Positions 37,557 through 47,266 of a stretch of DNA of 64,000 bases are shown here, one piece after another (positions within the stretch are counted from its first letter, which is position 1; each line of letters opens with the position of its first letter). The position numbers were made by a program, and so were the translations under genes. The stretch covers positions 261,518 through 325,517 of the forward strand of contig JBAZBP010000001.1 in the NCBI GenBank assembly GCA_041671365.1, read 5' to 3'. The notes below the pieces were generated by a model. The model was not told the DNA's origin. It saw only the letters and a list, made by a program, of their open reading frames with translations, and searched no databases. The DNA is from Patescibacteria group bacterium. Lineage in GTDB: Bacteria > Patescibacteriota > Patescibacteriia > Patescibacteriales > UBA12465.

Positions 37557-38561
37557 ATGAAAAAAGTAGCTATCTATGGTATCGGTAATTTTGGTTATGC
37601 GGTTTTAAAGCATTTAGATAAAAAAAATTCTTCTGATTTTGATTTATACGCCTGCGATCGCGACCGGGAACTTATTAATTTTTTAGACAAGAATCGCGAA
37701 CATCCTTATTTCCACCCCGGCAAGAAAATAAGCGAAAAAGTAATTTTTGTTTCCGGCGTTCGGGAACTTTTAACAAATTGTGATATTTTAATCGTGGCGG
37801 TTACCTCTAGTTGTATTAGTCAGGTTTTTAAAGATATTAAAAAGTATTTGGAACCCCAGACTATTATTCTTAATACTTCCAAGGCTTTGGATTGGAATTC
37901 AGGCAAAAGACTCTCGACAATTATCCAGAAAGAATTATCCGGTCGGGTTTATAAATATGCCGTTTTAGCGGGAGGGACTATCGCTCAAGATTTATTTGAT
38001 CATGAACCCTTGGGAGCCAATATTGCCTGTGAGAATCGCCTAGTTTTAAAAAAGTTGGTCGCTTTATTTAGTTCAGCCAATTTATTTATTTATCCGACAA
38101 GTGACGTCGTCGGGACAGAGTATGCCTCGGCTTTTAAAAACGTGATTTCTATTTTAGCTGGAATCACCAAGGGTCTGGGTTTTTCCTATGGCGCGGAAAC
38201 ACATATTATTTCCCGAGCGGCGACAGAGGTGGAAGATTTAGTGGTTAAAAAATTAGGCGGAAAAAAATCAACTTTCGCCTTGGGCAGCCAGTGCTGGGGC
38301 AATGATTTGTGGATGAGCTGTACGGGAAATACGAGAAATCGAGAATTTGGTATTTTAGTAGGCCAGGGGAAGAGCACTAAAACAGCCTTAGCCAGAATGA
38401 AAAGTGAGAATAAGACCGTAGAAGGTATTAATACTATTAGAATCCTTAATAAAATTAGGGGCATTAAGGATTATTATATTCTATATTTAGTTTATCGTTT
38501 ATTTGCTGGAGAAATAAAATTAGAAGCTTTTAAAGATTTAATTTTTAGAAATCACCGCTAG
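37557..38561 (+). CDS. gpsA: NAD(P)H-dependent glycerol-3-phosphate dehydrogenase-like
   Basis: VAIYGIGNFGYA Rossmann start, NTSKAL and AFKNVISILAGI blocks. Confidence 0.7.
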   Translation: MKKVAIYGIGNFGYAVLKHLDKKNSSDFDLYACDRDRELINFLDKNREHPYFHPGKKISEKVIFVSGVRELLTNCDILIVAVTSSCISQVFKDIKKYLEPQTIILNTSKALDWNSGKRLSTIIQKELSGRVYKYAVLAGGTIAQDLFDHEPLGANIACENRLVLKKLVALFSSANLFIYPTSDVVGTEYASAFKNVISILAGITKGLGFSYGAETHIISRAATEVEDLVVKKLGGKKSTFALGSQCWGNDLWMSCTGNTRNREFGILVGQGKSTKTALARMKSENKTVEGINTIRILNKIRGIKDYYILYLVYRLFAGEIKLEAFKDLIFRNHR

Positions 38562-38630
38562 ATTATGGTTTGTATGTCTGTTAAATAAAATCCCGTTAAT
38601 TAATAAAAATTAACGGGTTTTAAAGTTGTT

Positions 38631-40190
38631 TTAAAGTAAAATTTGTTCCTCTCCCATTTTGGGGATGACGATTTTATGTTTTTGATTATGAGAAACACTA
38701 TCTAATAAAGCCAGTTTAAGGAAGGCGGCGCTCATTTCTTCACCGTGAATGATAAATATTTTTTTAGTATCATCGGGATTTTTAGCCATCACTTCGTTAG
38801 TATATGATACTAAAAATGTTGAATCGGCGTGCGCCGAAAAGCTATCAAAGCTCACTATTTCCGCTTTGACGATAATTTCTTCGTTGTTCATTTTGACTAT
38901 TGGCAGTCCATCTTTGAGTTTCTTTCCTAAACTATCTTCGGCCATATAACCGACAAGACAAATGACTGTATCTGATCTCCCTAGGCCCGCCCGTAAATGC
39001 TCCCTGATACGTCCGGCATTACACATTCCTGAGCCAGCTATGGCTATATATGGGCCAGCACTGGCGATAAGAGCCTCGGAATCTTCCCAGCTGCCGATAA
39101 TTTTTAAAAATTTATTCTCTTTGATGTCAAAGGGATTAAATTTTAATTTTTCTTGACCGAGAAACATTCCGGTTTGCCAATTGGCGGCAAAAATTTCTGT
39201 AATTTTTGCGGCCATAGGCGAATCTAGGTAAATCGTAATCGGCGATATTTTTTTGTTTTGAATATAATAAGAAAGTAAAAAAATTATTTCTTGAGCTCTT
39301 TCCAAAGCGAAAGAGGGAATTATAATTTTTTGTTTTTTTTCTTGAGCTTTTCTTATTAATGAAATCAGTTTATTGATTTCTTCTTCGCGTGGCGGATGAA
39401 TTTTCCCGCCATAGGTCGATTCAATAAACCAGTAATCGATTGGTTCTTGAATCATTTCCGGTGGCGGCAGAATAACACCGTCTTGGCGTCCCAGATCTCC
39501 ACTGAAACCTAAATAAACATCTTTAGTTTTAGTTTTGATTTTAATAACACAGATGGCTCCGCCGAGAACGTGGCCACTGGGGTAGAGTTTTAGGCTGATA
39601 TTATTAGCTAATTTTATCCAAATAAAGTATTCAATTCCGTCGTTTTTTATCAGATTACATGCTTTTTTTACGTCCAACATAGTATAAAGTGATTCGATGG
39701 GGACTGTTTTGTTTTTAGCATGTTTTTTCCATTTTTTTCTTTCATAATTTCCCAGAGTTAAATCACTATGACTAAAATTTTTAGCCTTTTTTGAATTTTT
39801 TTTATTTTCTCTGGATTTCAGACGGCCAATGTCTACCATTTGAATTCTGGCGCTATCCTCCAACATAACGCTCAATAGACCACTTGTCGCCTTAGTACAA
39901 ATTATTCTCCCCCTTTCACCAAAACCATATTTAATCAGTAGCGGTAAGCGACCGATATGGTCGATGTGGGAGTGGGTCAGAATAATTGAATCCAAGGTTT
40001 TAGGATTTAATTGGTTTAGAAGTTCTTTGTTCCTTTCTAGAAAATCTTCCCTGGATTGAATTAATCCGATGTCGATTAATGTCCTGGTAATTTTCTTTTC
40101 GTGCTCGATCAGTAATAAGATGCATGAACCGGTTAAATTTTTGCCGTCGGCGACGCCGCCCAAAAATTTAACAGTAATACGCGTATTCAT
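38631..40190 (-). CDS. metallo-beta-lactamase / beta-CASP family ribonuclease-like hydrolase
   Basis: ILTHSHIDHIGRLP (HxHxDH), ESTYGG and SAHAD beta-CASP-type motifs. Contains a Lys-rich insertion (SRENKKNSKKAKN...KKWKKHAKNK). Confidence 0.8.
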   Translation of the reverse strand: MNTRITVKFLGGVADGKNLTGSCILLLIEHEKKITRTLIDIGLIQSREDFLERNKELLNQLNPKTLDSIILTHSHIDHIGRLPLLIKYGFGERGRIICTKATSGLLSVMLEDSARIQMVDIGRLKSRENKKNSKKAKNFSHSDLTLGNYERKKWKKHAKNKTVPIESLYTMLDVKKACNLIKNDGIEYFIWIKLANNISLKLYPSGHVLGGAICVIKIKTKTKDVYLGFSGDLGRQDGVILPPPEMIQEPIDYWFIESTYGGKIHPPREEEINKLISLIRKAQEKKQKIIIPSFALERAQEIIFLLSYYIQNKKISPITIYLDSPMAAKITEIFAANWQTGMFLGQEKLKFNPFDIKENKFLKIIGSWEDSEALIASAGPYIAIAGSGMCNAGRIREHLRAGLGRSDTVICLVGYMAEDSLGKKLKDGLPIVKMNNEEIIVKAEIVSFDSFSAHADSTFLVSYTNEVMAKNPDDTKKIFIIHGEEMSAAFLKLALLDSVSHNQKHKIVIPKMGEEQILL

Positions 40191-40329
40191 TTTGAGCCTC
40201 TTTGAATTTTTGAATGTTAAAGAATGGTTATTTATATAATCATTATCTCCTAATTTTGGATTATATTCAAGTTTTTTTAAAATTTTCCGGGTAAGCGATT
40301 ATTTATCCTTTTTAAATTTTAGATTAATG

Positions 40330-40338
40330 TGCTAGAAT
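40330..40338 (+). promoter_or_regulatory. extended -10 element (TGCTAGAAT)
   Basis: TGnTAGAAT 32 nt upstream of the lipoprotein ATG. Confidence 0.45.
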
Positions 40339-40370
40339 AGATAAATCTTAATTATTAATTTAATAAATTT

Positions 40371-40838
40371 ATGAAAAATATATTATTTATTTTACCGGTA
40401 GTTTTATTGTTGGCTGCCGGCTGTAGCTTAACCTCAAATGTCGACTTGAATTCGAGTAATAATCAACCCAATACGCCGACCAATAGTCCGTCGGTTACAA
40501 CCGACACCGTCAGTCAAAAATTTGTCGATCAGCCCTATTATAGTTATTCCTATCTTATTTCCGGCGACACTCTAAGCACTGACGCTCAGCAGGCTTTAGC
40601 TGGCTTTGCTTTAACCAAAAAAGCTTTGCCGGACGGCACCACCCAAATTGATTTGAAAGCCCAAAAAGCCGAATATAAAGATCAGCAATATATTCTTAAA
40701 TCCGGTGAGCAATTATATTTTGTGGAAAAATTCTTAGCGGATGATCAGAATAATCAGGAAAATAATATACTAGACGATCAGGCGGCCGTGGTTGATAGTC
40801 AGGGGAATGTCGTAACGGCGCCAATTTCTTGGAAATAA
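40371..40838 (+). CDS. lipoprotein of unknown function
   Basis: Signal peptide with lipobox LLAAGCS. Confidence 0.7.
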   Translation: MKNILFILPVVLLLAAGCSLTSNVDLNSSNNQPNTPTNSPSVTTDTVSQKFVDQPYYSYSYLISGDTLSTDAQQALAGFALTKKALPDGTTQIDLKAQKAEYKDQQYILKSGEQLYFVEKFLADDQNNQENNILDDQAAVVDSQGNVVTAPISWK

Positions 40839-40853
40839 GTAATTAATAAAACT

Positions 40854-41990
40854 ATGAGTGATATTTATCAAGAGGCGGTAGAATTGCATCGACGCAGTAA
40901 GGGCAAATTAGCGGTTTCTAGTAAAGTTTCATTAGAAACCCGGAAAGATTTATCTTTAGCTTATACTCCGGGAGTAGCTGAAGTTTGCCGAGTTATTTCT
41001 CGTGATTTAGCTCAAGTTCGCGAATTAACCTTAAAAAATAACACTGTCGCGGTTATTTCTGACGGTAGTGCTATTTTAGGTTTGGGAAATTTAGGAGCGG
41101 AAGCGGCCATTCCAGTCATGGAGGGCAAATGTATTCTGTTTAAAAAATTTGCCGGAGTAGACGCTTTTCCGATTTGTTTGCAGACTCAAGACGTTGAAGA
41201 AATTATAAAAACGGTTAAAAATATCGCTCCGGTTTTCGGAGGGATTAATCTGGAAGATATTTCTGCACCCCGGTGTTTTGAAATTGAAAATCGGCTGAAA
41301 GCGGAATTAAATATTCCCGTGATGCATGACGATCAACACGGAACAGCGACGGTCGTGTTGGCGGGTTTGATCAATGCTTTAAAGGTGCGCGGATCTAAAA
41401 AAGAAGAAATAAAAATAGTAATTAATGGTTGTGGAGCGGCCGGAACAGCCGTGACTAAATTATTGCTTGCTTATGGTTTTAAGCAGATTATTGTTTGCGA
41501 CACTCAGGGTATAATTTATGAAGGAAGAAATAATTTAAATCCGATTAAACAAGAGTTAGCTTTATTAACAAATCATGAGAAAGTTTCCGGCCTATTAAGT
41601 GACGCCATTAAAGGAGTGGATATTTTTATTGGTGTGAGCGCTCCAGGAATTCTAAGCGTAGAAATGATAAAGAATATGGACGCTCGGCCGATAATTTTTG
41701 CGTTAGCCAATCCGATTCCGGAAATTATGCCGGATCTGGCGAAAGCAGCCGGAGCCTTAATTGTCGCGACCGGTCGCAGCGATTATCCTAATCAATTAAA
41801 TAATGTTTTAGCTTTTCCGGGAATCTTTCGCGGCGCGTTAGATAATCACGTTACTGAGATTACTGATACTATGTTAATTAAGGCCGCGTCCAATTTAGCT
41901 GGATTAGTTCCTCGGCCGACCGCGGACATGATTTTGCCCGATCCGTTTGATAAAGAAATAGCCTTGACGGTAGCGGCGGCTATCTGTTAG
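40854..41990 (+). CDS. NAD(P)-dependent malic enzyme (short form)
   Basis: LAYTPGVA, VISDGSAILGLGNLG, FGGINLEDI, HDDQHGTA, GCGAAG and ALANPIPEI motifs. Confidence 0.9.
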   Translation: MSDIYQEAVELHRRSKGKLAVSSKVSLETRKDLSLAYTPGVAEVCRVISRDLAQVRELTLKNNTVAVISDGSAILGLGNLGAEAAIPVMEGKCILFKKFAGVDAFPICLQTQDVEEIIKTVKNIAPVFGGINLEDISAPRCFEIENRLKAELNIPVMHDDQHGTATVVLAGLINALKVRGSKKEEIKIVINGCGAAGTAVTKLLLAYGFKQIIVCDTQGIIYEGRNNLNPIKQELALLTNHEKVSGLLSDAIKGVDIFIGVSAPGILSVEMIKNMDARPIIFALANPIPEIMPDLAKAAGALIVATGRSDYPNQLNNVLAFPGIFRGALDNHVTEITDTMLIKAASNLAGLVPRPTADMILPDPFDKEIALTVAAAIC

Positions 41991-42023
41991 TCTGTTGAAG
42001 TTATTATAATTAATTAGTTCTCT

Positions 42024-43478
42024 ATGGCCGAAGAAGTCGTTTTAAGATTTGACGAAGTGAAATTTGAATATGCTCATAAAAAACCAATTTTAGATGAGGC
42101 GTCTTTTAATTTGCGCCAAGGAGCTAAAGTTACTCTGATGGGCCAGAATGGGGCCGGTAAGAGTACTATTTTTGGATTAATAAAGAAGGAATTGGAGCCG
42201 CAAGGCGGACGAATTTCGGCGGCTAACGGGGCGACAATTGCGACCGCCCGCCAAACTATGGCGCGAGAAGATTTAGGTCTGACGGTGGAAGCTTATTTTG
42301 CCCAAGCCTTTGATCCGGTTCCCGGAAATATAAAAAGTCGCATTGCTCAAGCTTTAAACGCGGTCAATTTCACTGTCCCCTTAGATCGAACAGTCGGCAG
42401 GCTTTCCGGCGGTCAACAAGCTCGATTATTATTAGCCTATGCCTTAATCCAGAACCCGGATATTTTACTTTTAGATGAACCGACCAATAATCTTGATAAG
42501 GCGGGAATTGATCATTTAATAACTTTTTTAGTGATGTATGATAAAACCGTCATGGTTATTTCCCATGACGCCGATTTTTTAAATTGTTTTACCGAGGGCG
42601 TTATTTATCTTAATAATTTTACGCACAAAACTGAAATGTATGTCGGAGATTATTATTCGGTGGTGGAAGAAATTACTAAGCGAGTCGAGCGCGAGCAGCA
42701 TAAAAATGCTCAGCTTGAAAAATTGATTAAAGATCGTAAAGAAAAAGTTAATTTTTTCGCTCATAAAGGAGGGAAGATGCGTAAATTGGCCAAAAAATTA
42801 AAGGATGAGACGGAAGATTTGGAAGAAAACAAAATTGAGGTTCGACAGGAAGATCGGACAATTAGAAATTTTACTATTCCGGCACAGCCGAATTTAAGCG
42901 GAGAAATTGTTAATTTAAAAACTATCAAAATTATTAGAAATCATGAGCCGGTTTTACAGGATATTAATAAAGTCTTGCGTAAATCAGACCGTTTATTAAT
43001 TGTGGGACCTAACGGTATCGGGAAAAGCACTTTATTGCGTTCGTTGGTCAGCGGCGAGCAGGTTGGCCAGAAAATAAAAGATGGTGTGCGGGTTGGTTAT
43101 TATAGCCAAGATTTTTCAACTTTAGATTTTTCGGAGAAAGTTTTTTCTTCTTTGAAAAATATTATGGCTGATGGTTTAGGCGAACAAGAATTGCGCTCGG
43201 TAGCAGCCGGTTTTTTAATTACCGGAGATTTAATGGAACATAAAATCGGAGATTTATCCGAAGGGCAGAAAGGATTATTATCTTTTGCTCGTTTAGTTTT
43301 AATGCAACCGGGAATTTTGATTCTTGATGAACCGACTAATCATATTAATTTTCGTCATATTCCGATTATTGCCGAAGCGATAAATAATTATGAGGGCTCT
43401 TTAATTATGGTCAGTCATATGCCGGAATTTGTGGCCGCTGTTAAGGTTAATGATGAATTAGATCTGGGTCGCCTCTAG
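42024..43478 (+). CDS. ABC-F family ATPase (two ABC domains, no TM domain)
   Basis: Two Walker A motifs (GQNGAGKST, GPNGIGKST), two signature motifs (LSGGQQ, LSEGQK), Walker B LLLDEPTN / LILDEPTN, and a charged inter-domain linker. Confidence 0.85.
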   Translation: MAEEVVLRFDEVKFEYAHKKPILDEASFNLRQGAKVTLMGQNGAGKSTIFGLIKKELEPQGGRISAANGATIATARQTMAREDLGLTVEAYFAQAFDPVPGNIKSRIAQALNAVNFTVPLDRTVGRLSGGQQARLLLAYALIQNPDILLLDEPTNNLDKAGIDHLITFLVMYDKTVMVISHDADFLNCFTEGVIYLNNFTHKTEMYVGDYYSVVEEITKRVEREQHKNAQLEKLIKDRKEKVNFFAHKGGKMRKLAKKLKDETEDLEENKIEVRQEDRTIRNFTIPAQPNLSGEIVNLKTIKIIRNHEPVLQDINKVLRKSDRLLIVGPNGIGKSTLLRSLVSGEQVGQKIKDGVRVGYYSQDFSTLDFSEKVFSSLKNIMADGLGEQELRSVAAGFLITGDLMEHKIGDLSEGQKGLLSFARLVLMQPGILILDEPTNHINFRHIPIIAEAINNYEGSLIMVSHMPEFVAAVKVNDELDLGRL

Positions 43479-43480
43479 AC

Positions 43481-43509
43481 TTGACTTGTTTTTAGTTATA
43501 TGCTATTAT
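43481..43509 (+). promoter_or_regulatory. strong sigma-70 promoter for the cold-shock gene
   Basis: TTGACT (43481-43486), 17 nt, then TATTAT (43504-43509) with TG at 43501-43502. Implies a 5' UTR of about 85 nt. Confidence 0.6.
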
Positions 43510-43600
43510 TCCTAATGAGCAAAAATACGTGATTAGAAAAGTAGTCGATTTTCAAAAACATATCAAATTGCCACTTTATTTATTTAAGTTTGAAAATTCC

Positions 43601-43798
43601 ATGACTGGTATTATTAAAACTTTGACTGATAAAGGTTTTGGTTTCATCACCGTTGAAGGTCAGGAAAAGGATTTATTCTTCCATAGCAATGCTTTGGTTG
43701 GAGTCCAATTCAATGAACTTCGTGAAGGTGATTCCGTTACCTTTGAGTCAGAAAGATCTCCGAAAGGAATGAACGCGGTTAACGTTAAACGCGCTTAA
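43601..43798 (+). CDS. csp: cold-shock domain protein
   Basis: MTGIIKTLTDKGFGFITVEG..DLFFH (RNP-1/RNP-2 of the CspA family). Confidence 0.9.
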   Translation: MTGIIKTLTDKGFGFITVEGQEKDLFFHSNALVGVQFNELREGDSVTFESERSPKGMNAVNVKRA

Positions 43799-43817
43799 TG
43801 GCCTAGAGTAAGATCTT

Positions 43818-43857
43818 AAAAACACTCGCCGCTCGGCGGGTGTTTTTGTTTTTTTAA
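43818..43857 (+). terminator. rho-independent terminator
   Basis: ACACTCGCC-GCTC-GGCGGGTGT followed by a long T-run. Confidence 0.75.
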
Positions 43858-43935
43858 AAAGGCCGGTATAGCCAAAAAACCGGTCTGGCCAAAAGAAAAA
43901 AGAGATTGTAAAAACAATCTCTCTTTCAAATTTTT

Positions 43936-44091
43936 TTATTGAGGCAAGTTTACTTGAGCGAGTAAATCTTTAACTAAGGTTAAGACCTTAATTAAAATAT
44001 CACTGGCTAAAGAAACTGCCTCGGGAGGAAGGAACCATTTTAGGACGACAATCATGACGATTATCCCTAAAAAACCATTTAATACCTTCAT
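43936..44091 (-). CDS. candidate 51-aa small membrane protein
   Basis: Internal ATG at 44091 gives MKVLNGFLGIIVMIVVLKWFLPP... with one TM helix. A minus-strand hairpin (43901-43922) plus T-run follows the stop. No clear RBS. Confidence 0.4.
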   Translation of the reverse strand: MKVLNGFLGIIVMIVVLKWFLPPEAVSLASDILIKVLTLVKDLLAQVNLPQ

Positions 44092-44280
44092 ATTTTTAGT
44101 ATTAAAACAGCTCGAGTTTCTAATGCTCGAGCCTCTTAGTTTTTTTAACTTTGAGTCTCGGAGCATCAGCTCGCTGGTTTTTATTCCTCCTATTTTAAAG
44201 AACATTATAATATACCAAAATTATCAGATTACGTCAAGAGCTAATCATTTCTACCCATTCAGTCCGCTTATTTAATATGT

Positions 44281-44309
44281 TTGACTATTATTTAAAAAAG
44301 ATGTATGAT
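44281..44309 (+). promoter_or_regulatory. sigma-70 promoter candidate
   Basis: TTGACT (44281-44286), 17 nt, then TATGAT (44304-44309). Confidence 0.45.
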
Positions 44310-44325
44310 AGGAACGACTTAATCG

Positions 44326-44353
44326 AAAATTACGTCAGGTGCGTAATTTTTTT
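44326..44353 (+). terminator. hairpin plus T-run directly downstream of the 44281 promoter
   Basis: AAAATTACG-TCAGGTG-CGTAATTTT followed by TTT. Confidence 0.5.
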
Positions 44354-44401
44354 ATTTTTTAGATTTTAAGTTATAATTTTGTTAAATTTTATTTATAAAC
44401 T

Positions 44402-46186
44402 ATGGAAATTCGTAACATCGCCATTATCGCTCACGTTGATCATGGTAAGACAACTTTAACCGATGCTTTGATGCGCCAAACAGGCATGACCGATGGCAAT
44501 GTCAGCATGGATTCTAATGATTTAGAAAAAGAACGAGGAATTACTATTTATTCTAAAAATACCTCGGTCTTTTATGGTAATACTAAGATTAATATCGTGG
44601 ATACTCCCGGACATGCCGATTTTAGTTCTGAGGTTGAGCGTATTTTACGTTCGATTGATTGTGTTTTGCTATTAGTCGATGCTCAGGAGGGTCCGATGCC
44701 GCAAACTAAATTTGTTTTAAAAAAATCTTTGGAACTCGGTTTAAAACCGATTGTGGTTATAAATAAAATTGATAAACCGGCGGCGCGGCCAGAAGAGGTT
44801 TTAGAAATGGTTTATGAATTATTTTTGGATCTAGGAGCCAGCGACGAGCAATTAGATTTTCCGGTAATTTATGCGGCTTCCAAACAGGGAATAGCCAAGA
44901 AAGAGTTAAGTGATGAGTCCACCAATTTAGAACCCTTACTTAATTTAATTATTGAACATGTCCCGGCAGCTTCCAGCCCGGAATTAGAGACTAAACAGCT
45001 CTTAGCTCAGCCTTTTAATTTAGCTTATGATAATTTTTTAGGACGCTTAGCGATCTGTCGAATTTATGAAGGAGAGATTAAAGCGGCACAAACTATTTAT
45101 ATTGAAGATTTGGATGGGAGTACTCGGAGCGGAAAAGTTACGAAATTATTTACTTTTTCCGGAATTTCTCGTCAAGAGGTAACGGCCGCTTCCGCCGGTG
45201 ACATTGTTATGGTCGCCGGTTTGCCTGATATATATATTGGCGAGACGATTGCCGAAAAGGCGGAACAAGGACCGCTCCCGGCGATTAAAATCGATGAACC
45301 GACTATATCTCTCGGATTTTTAGTTAATAATTCACCATTTGCCGGTCGCGAAGGGAAATACGTGACTAATCGTCAAATTAAAGAACGTTTAGAAAAAGAA
45401 TTAGAAGTTAATGTCGGACTTAAAATTGATTTTTCCGACATGAATTCTTATCAGGTTTTTGGTCGGGGTGAACTACATATTGCTATTCTTTTAGAAAATT
45501 TACGTCGAGAAAATTATGAATTGCAGGTTTCTCAGCCCCAAGCGATTATCAAAGAAGAAAATGGTCAAAAAATGGAACCTTACGAAGAAGTAACTATTGA
45601 TATTCCGGAGGCGATGACCGGTGTAGTCATCGACAAAATTTCCAAACGCAAAGGCCGGATGTTGGATTTAAAAACTCATAATGGTCAGTCTCGAATTTTA
45701 TTTGAAGTGCCGACTCGGGGTTTATTGGGTTATCGCAATGAATTTGTGGTTGATACGCGAGGCGAAGGTATTTTATGCACCCATTTTTTAGGTTTTAAAC
45801 CCTATGTCGGAGAGATTCAAAAAAATAAATTAGGTTCCATGGTTTCGATGATTACCGGCAAAGCCCTGGCTTTTTCTTTGTGGAATTTACAAGATCGTGG
45901 TGATTTGTATATTTCTCCTAATACCGAAGTTTACGAGGGAATGGTTATCGGCAATGCTGCCAAAGGTAATGATTTAATGGTCAATCCGATAAAAGGCAAA
46001 CAGCTAACCAACGTTCGGGCTTCCGGTACCGATGAAGCGATTATTTTAATTCCGCCTTTAGATTTAACCTTAGAAAGAGCTTTGAGTATTATGAATGACG
46101 ATGAATATTTAGAAATTACGCCGAAGAATATTCGCTTGCGTAAACAGTATTTAACCGAAAATGAACGCGTGCGCGCGAAGAGATAA
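44402..46186 (+). CDS. typA: translational GTPase TypA/BipA
   Basis: IRNIAIIAHVDHGKTTL, DTPGHADF and NKIDK G-motifs; length and C-terminal region typical of BipA. Confidence 0.95.
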   Translation: MEIRNIAIIAHVDHGKTTLTDALMRQTGMTDGNVSMDSNDLEKERGITIYSKNTSVFYGNTKINIVDTPGHADFSSEVERILRSIDCVLLLVDAQEGPMPQTKFVLKKSLELGLKPIVVINKIDKPAARPEEVLEMVYELFLDLGASDEQLDFPVIYAASKQGIAKKELSDESTNLEPLLNLIIEHVPAASSPELETKQLLAQPFNLAYDNFLGRLAICRIYEGEIKAAQTIYIEDLDGSTRSGKVTKLFTFSGISRQEVTAASAGDIVMVAGLPDIYIGETIAEKAEQGPLPAIKIDEPTISLGFLVNNSPFAGREGKYVTNRQIKERLEKELEVNVGLKIDFSDMNSYQVFGRGELHIAILLENLRRENYELQVSQPQAIIKEENGQKMEPYEEVTIDIPEAMTGVVIDKISKRKGRMLDLKTHNGQSRILFEVPTRGLLGYRNEFVVDTRGEGILCTHFLGFKPYVGEIQKNKLGSMVSMITGKALAFSLWNLQDRGDLYISPNTEVYEGMVIGNAAKGNDLMVNPIKGKQLTNVRASGTDEAIILIPPLDLTLERALSIMNDDEYLEITPKNIRLRKQYLTENERVRAKR

Positions 46187-46207
46187 AAAAATCTTTTTTA
46201 GTTTTTT

Positions 46208-46238
46208 AAAAAAGCGTCTGTCGAAACAGACGCTTTTA
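46208..46238. terminator. bidirectional terminator between convergent genes
   Basis: AGCGTCTGT-CGAA-ACAGACGCT, flanked by an A-run and a T-run. Confidence 0.75.
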
Positions 46239-46246
46239 TTAAACTT

Positions 46247-47101
46247 TTATTCTATATAAATGTGTTCGGGTGATTTTTTTATCCACATGATATATGAGCC
46301 GATTCCTCCGGCTAAAACATACCAGGCTGCATATTCCCAGATAAATCGAAAATCTGAGCTAAAGGGGTTGATTCCCATTAGATGCAATCGTGCAGATAAT
46401 GTTCCGACACAGGTTCCTATAATAATTCCCGAGGTAATTATTGTTTTTACCAAAAGATTCGGAAAATTCATTATCACGATTATAAGTAACAAGAGAACTA
46501 TAGAAATTGCTATAAATCCATTAGTTATTATTGAGCTGATTATTGCTCCTAGAAAAATTAAAATAAATATCCAGGTATCAGTAAAAATAATAAAATTACT
46601 TATTAATTTTTTATCATCTTTTCTCTTGATAAATAATGGTAATATCAGAATTGTTAAGACCGGCAAGTAAAAAGAAATTAGTGAAATATCTATAGCTATT
46701 TCCGCTGGTGAGATTTTGTTCTGAGTAGCAATTTTTTTTACTACGCCGGCATTACTTTTATAAGTGCTGACGCTGTATACGTCGCTAGCGGCGATTAGCG
46801 GTAAAACGTTATAGTTATATTGGAAGTTTAAAATTATAAATTTCCAAGATTTTATCGGAACAGCCTGACCGATGGCCAGGTTATTGAGCTCATCAACAGA
46901 AAAAATTTTAGCCTCAACTCCCTCAAAAGATAGATTCGCTCTCAGATTTGCCAGTTCCTGAGTCGCCAATTTTTTAGTGGCGTTTTTTATGATAATTTGG
47001 CGACTTTCTGGGGTGCGGACTTGATGGACTTGGGCATAAATCTCTGAACTTAATAAGAAAATAATTATTAGAACCGCTGTAACTGAAAATAGATTTTTCA
47101 T
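46247..47101 (-). CDS. hypothetical membrane protein (signal peptide, extracytoplasmic domain, C-terminal TM bundle)
   Basis: N-terminal VTAVLIIIFLLSSEIYA and several Ile/Leu-rich helices. Visibly more AT-rich than its neighbours. Confidence 0.6.
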   Translation of the reverse strand: MKNLFSVTAVLIIIFLLSSEIYAQVHQVRTPESRQIIIKNATKKLATQELANLRANLSFEGVEAKIFSVDELNNLAIGQAVPIKSWKFIILNFQYNYNVLPLIAASDVYSVSTYKSNAGVVKKIATQNKISPAEIAIDISLISFYLPVLTILILPLFIKRKDDKKLISNFIIFTDTWIFILIFLGAIISSIITNGFIAISIVLLLLIIVIMNFPNLLVKTIITSGIIIGTCVGTLSARLHLMGINPFSSDFRFIWEYAAWYVLAGGIGSYIMWIKKSPEHIYIE

Positions 47102-47251
47102 GTTTTCTCCTGATATTTTGTGATTATTTTAATGAACTTTTTTAGTTAATAGAAAACTATAACAAAAAATCATAGGTATTGTCAACCTTTGAAAGTTTAG
47201 GTGGGGGTAGGGGGTTAAAAAAACACGGAGGGGCTGTAAAAACAGATTTTA

Positions 47252-47260
47252 TGTTATAAT
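47252..47260 (+). promoter_or_regulatory. extended -10 element (TGTTATAAT) 6 nt upstream of an ATG
   Basis: The -10 ends at 47260 and the start codon is at 47267-47269, consistent with a leaderless mRNA. Confidence 0.45.
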
Positions 47261-47266
47261 AAATTT

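Noticed and set aside
38749-39156. Two + strand ORFs (66 aa and 64 aa) inside the beta-CASP hydrolase gene.
   Set aside because: They are antisense to a CDS with clear HxHxDH and beta-CASP motifs.
44054-44275. 73-aa + strand ORF opposite the small minus-strand membrane ORF.
   Set aside because: It has no RBS or promoter and a low-complexity sequence. The minus-strand small ORF has a matching terminator, although it is itself only weakly supported.
46260-46670. 136-aa + strand ORF antisense to the 46247-47101 membrane-protein gene.
   Set aside because: The minus-strand frame has a signal peptide, coherent TM helices and a downstream bidirectional terminator. The plus-strand frame is an Ile/Asn/Lys-rich artefact of AT-rich DNA.
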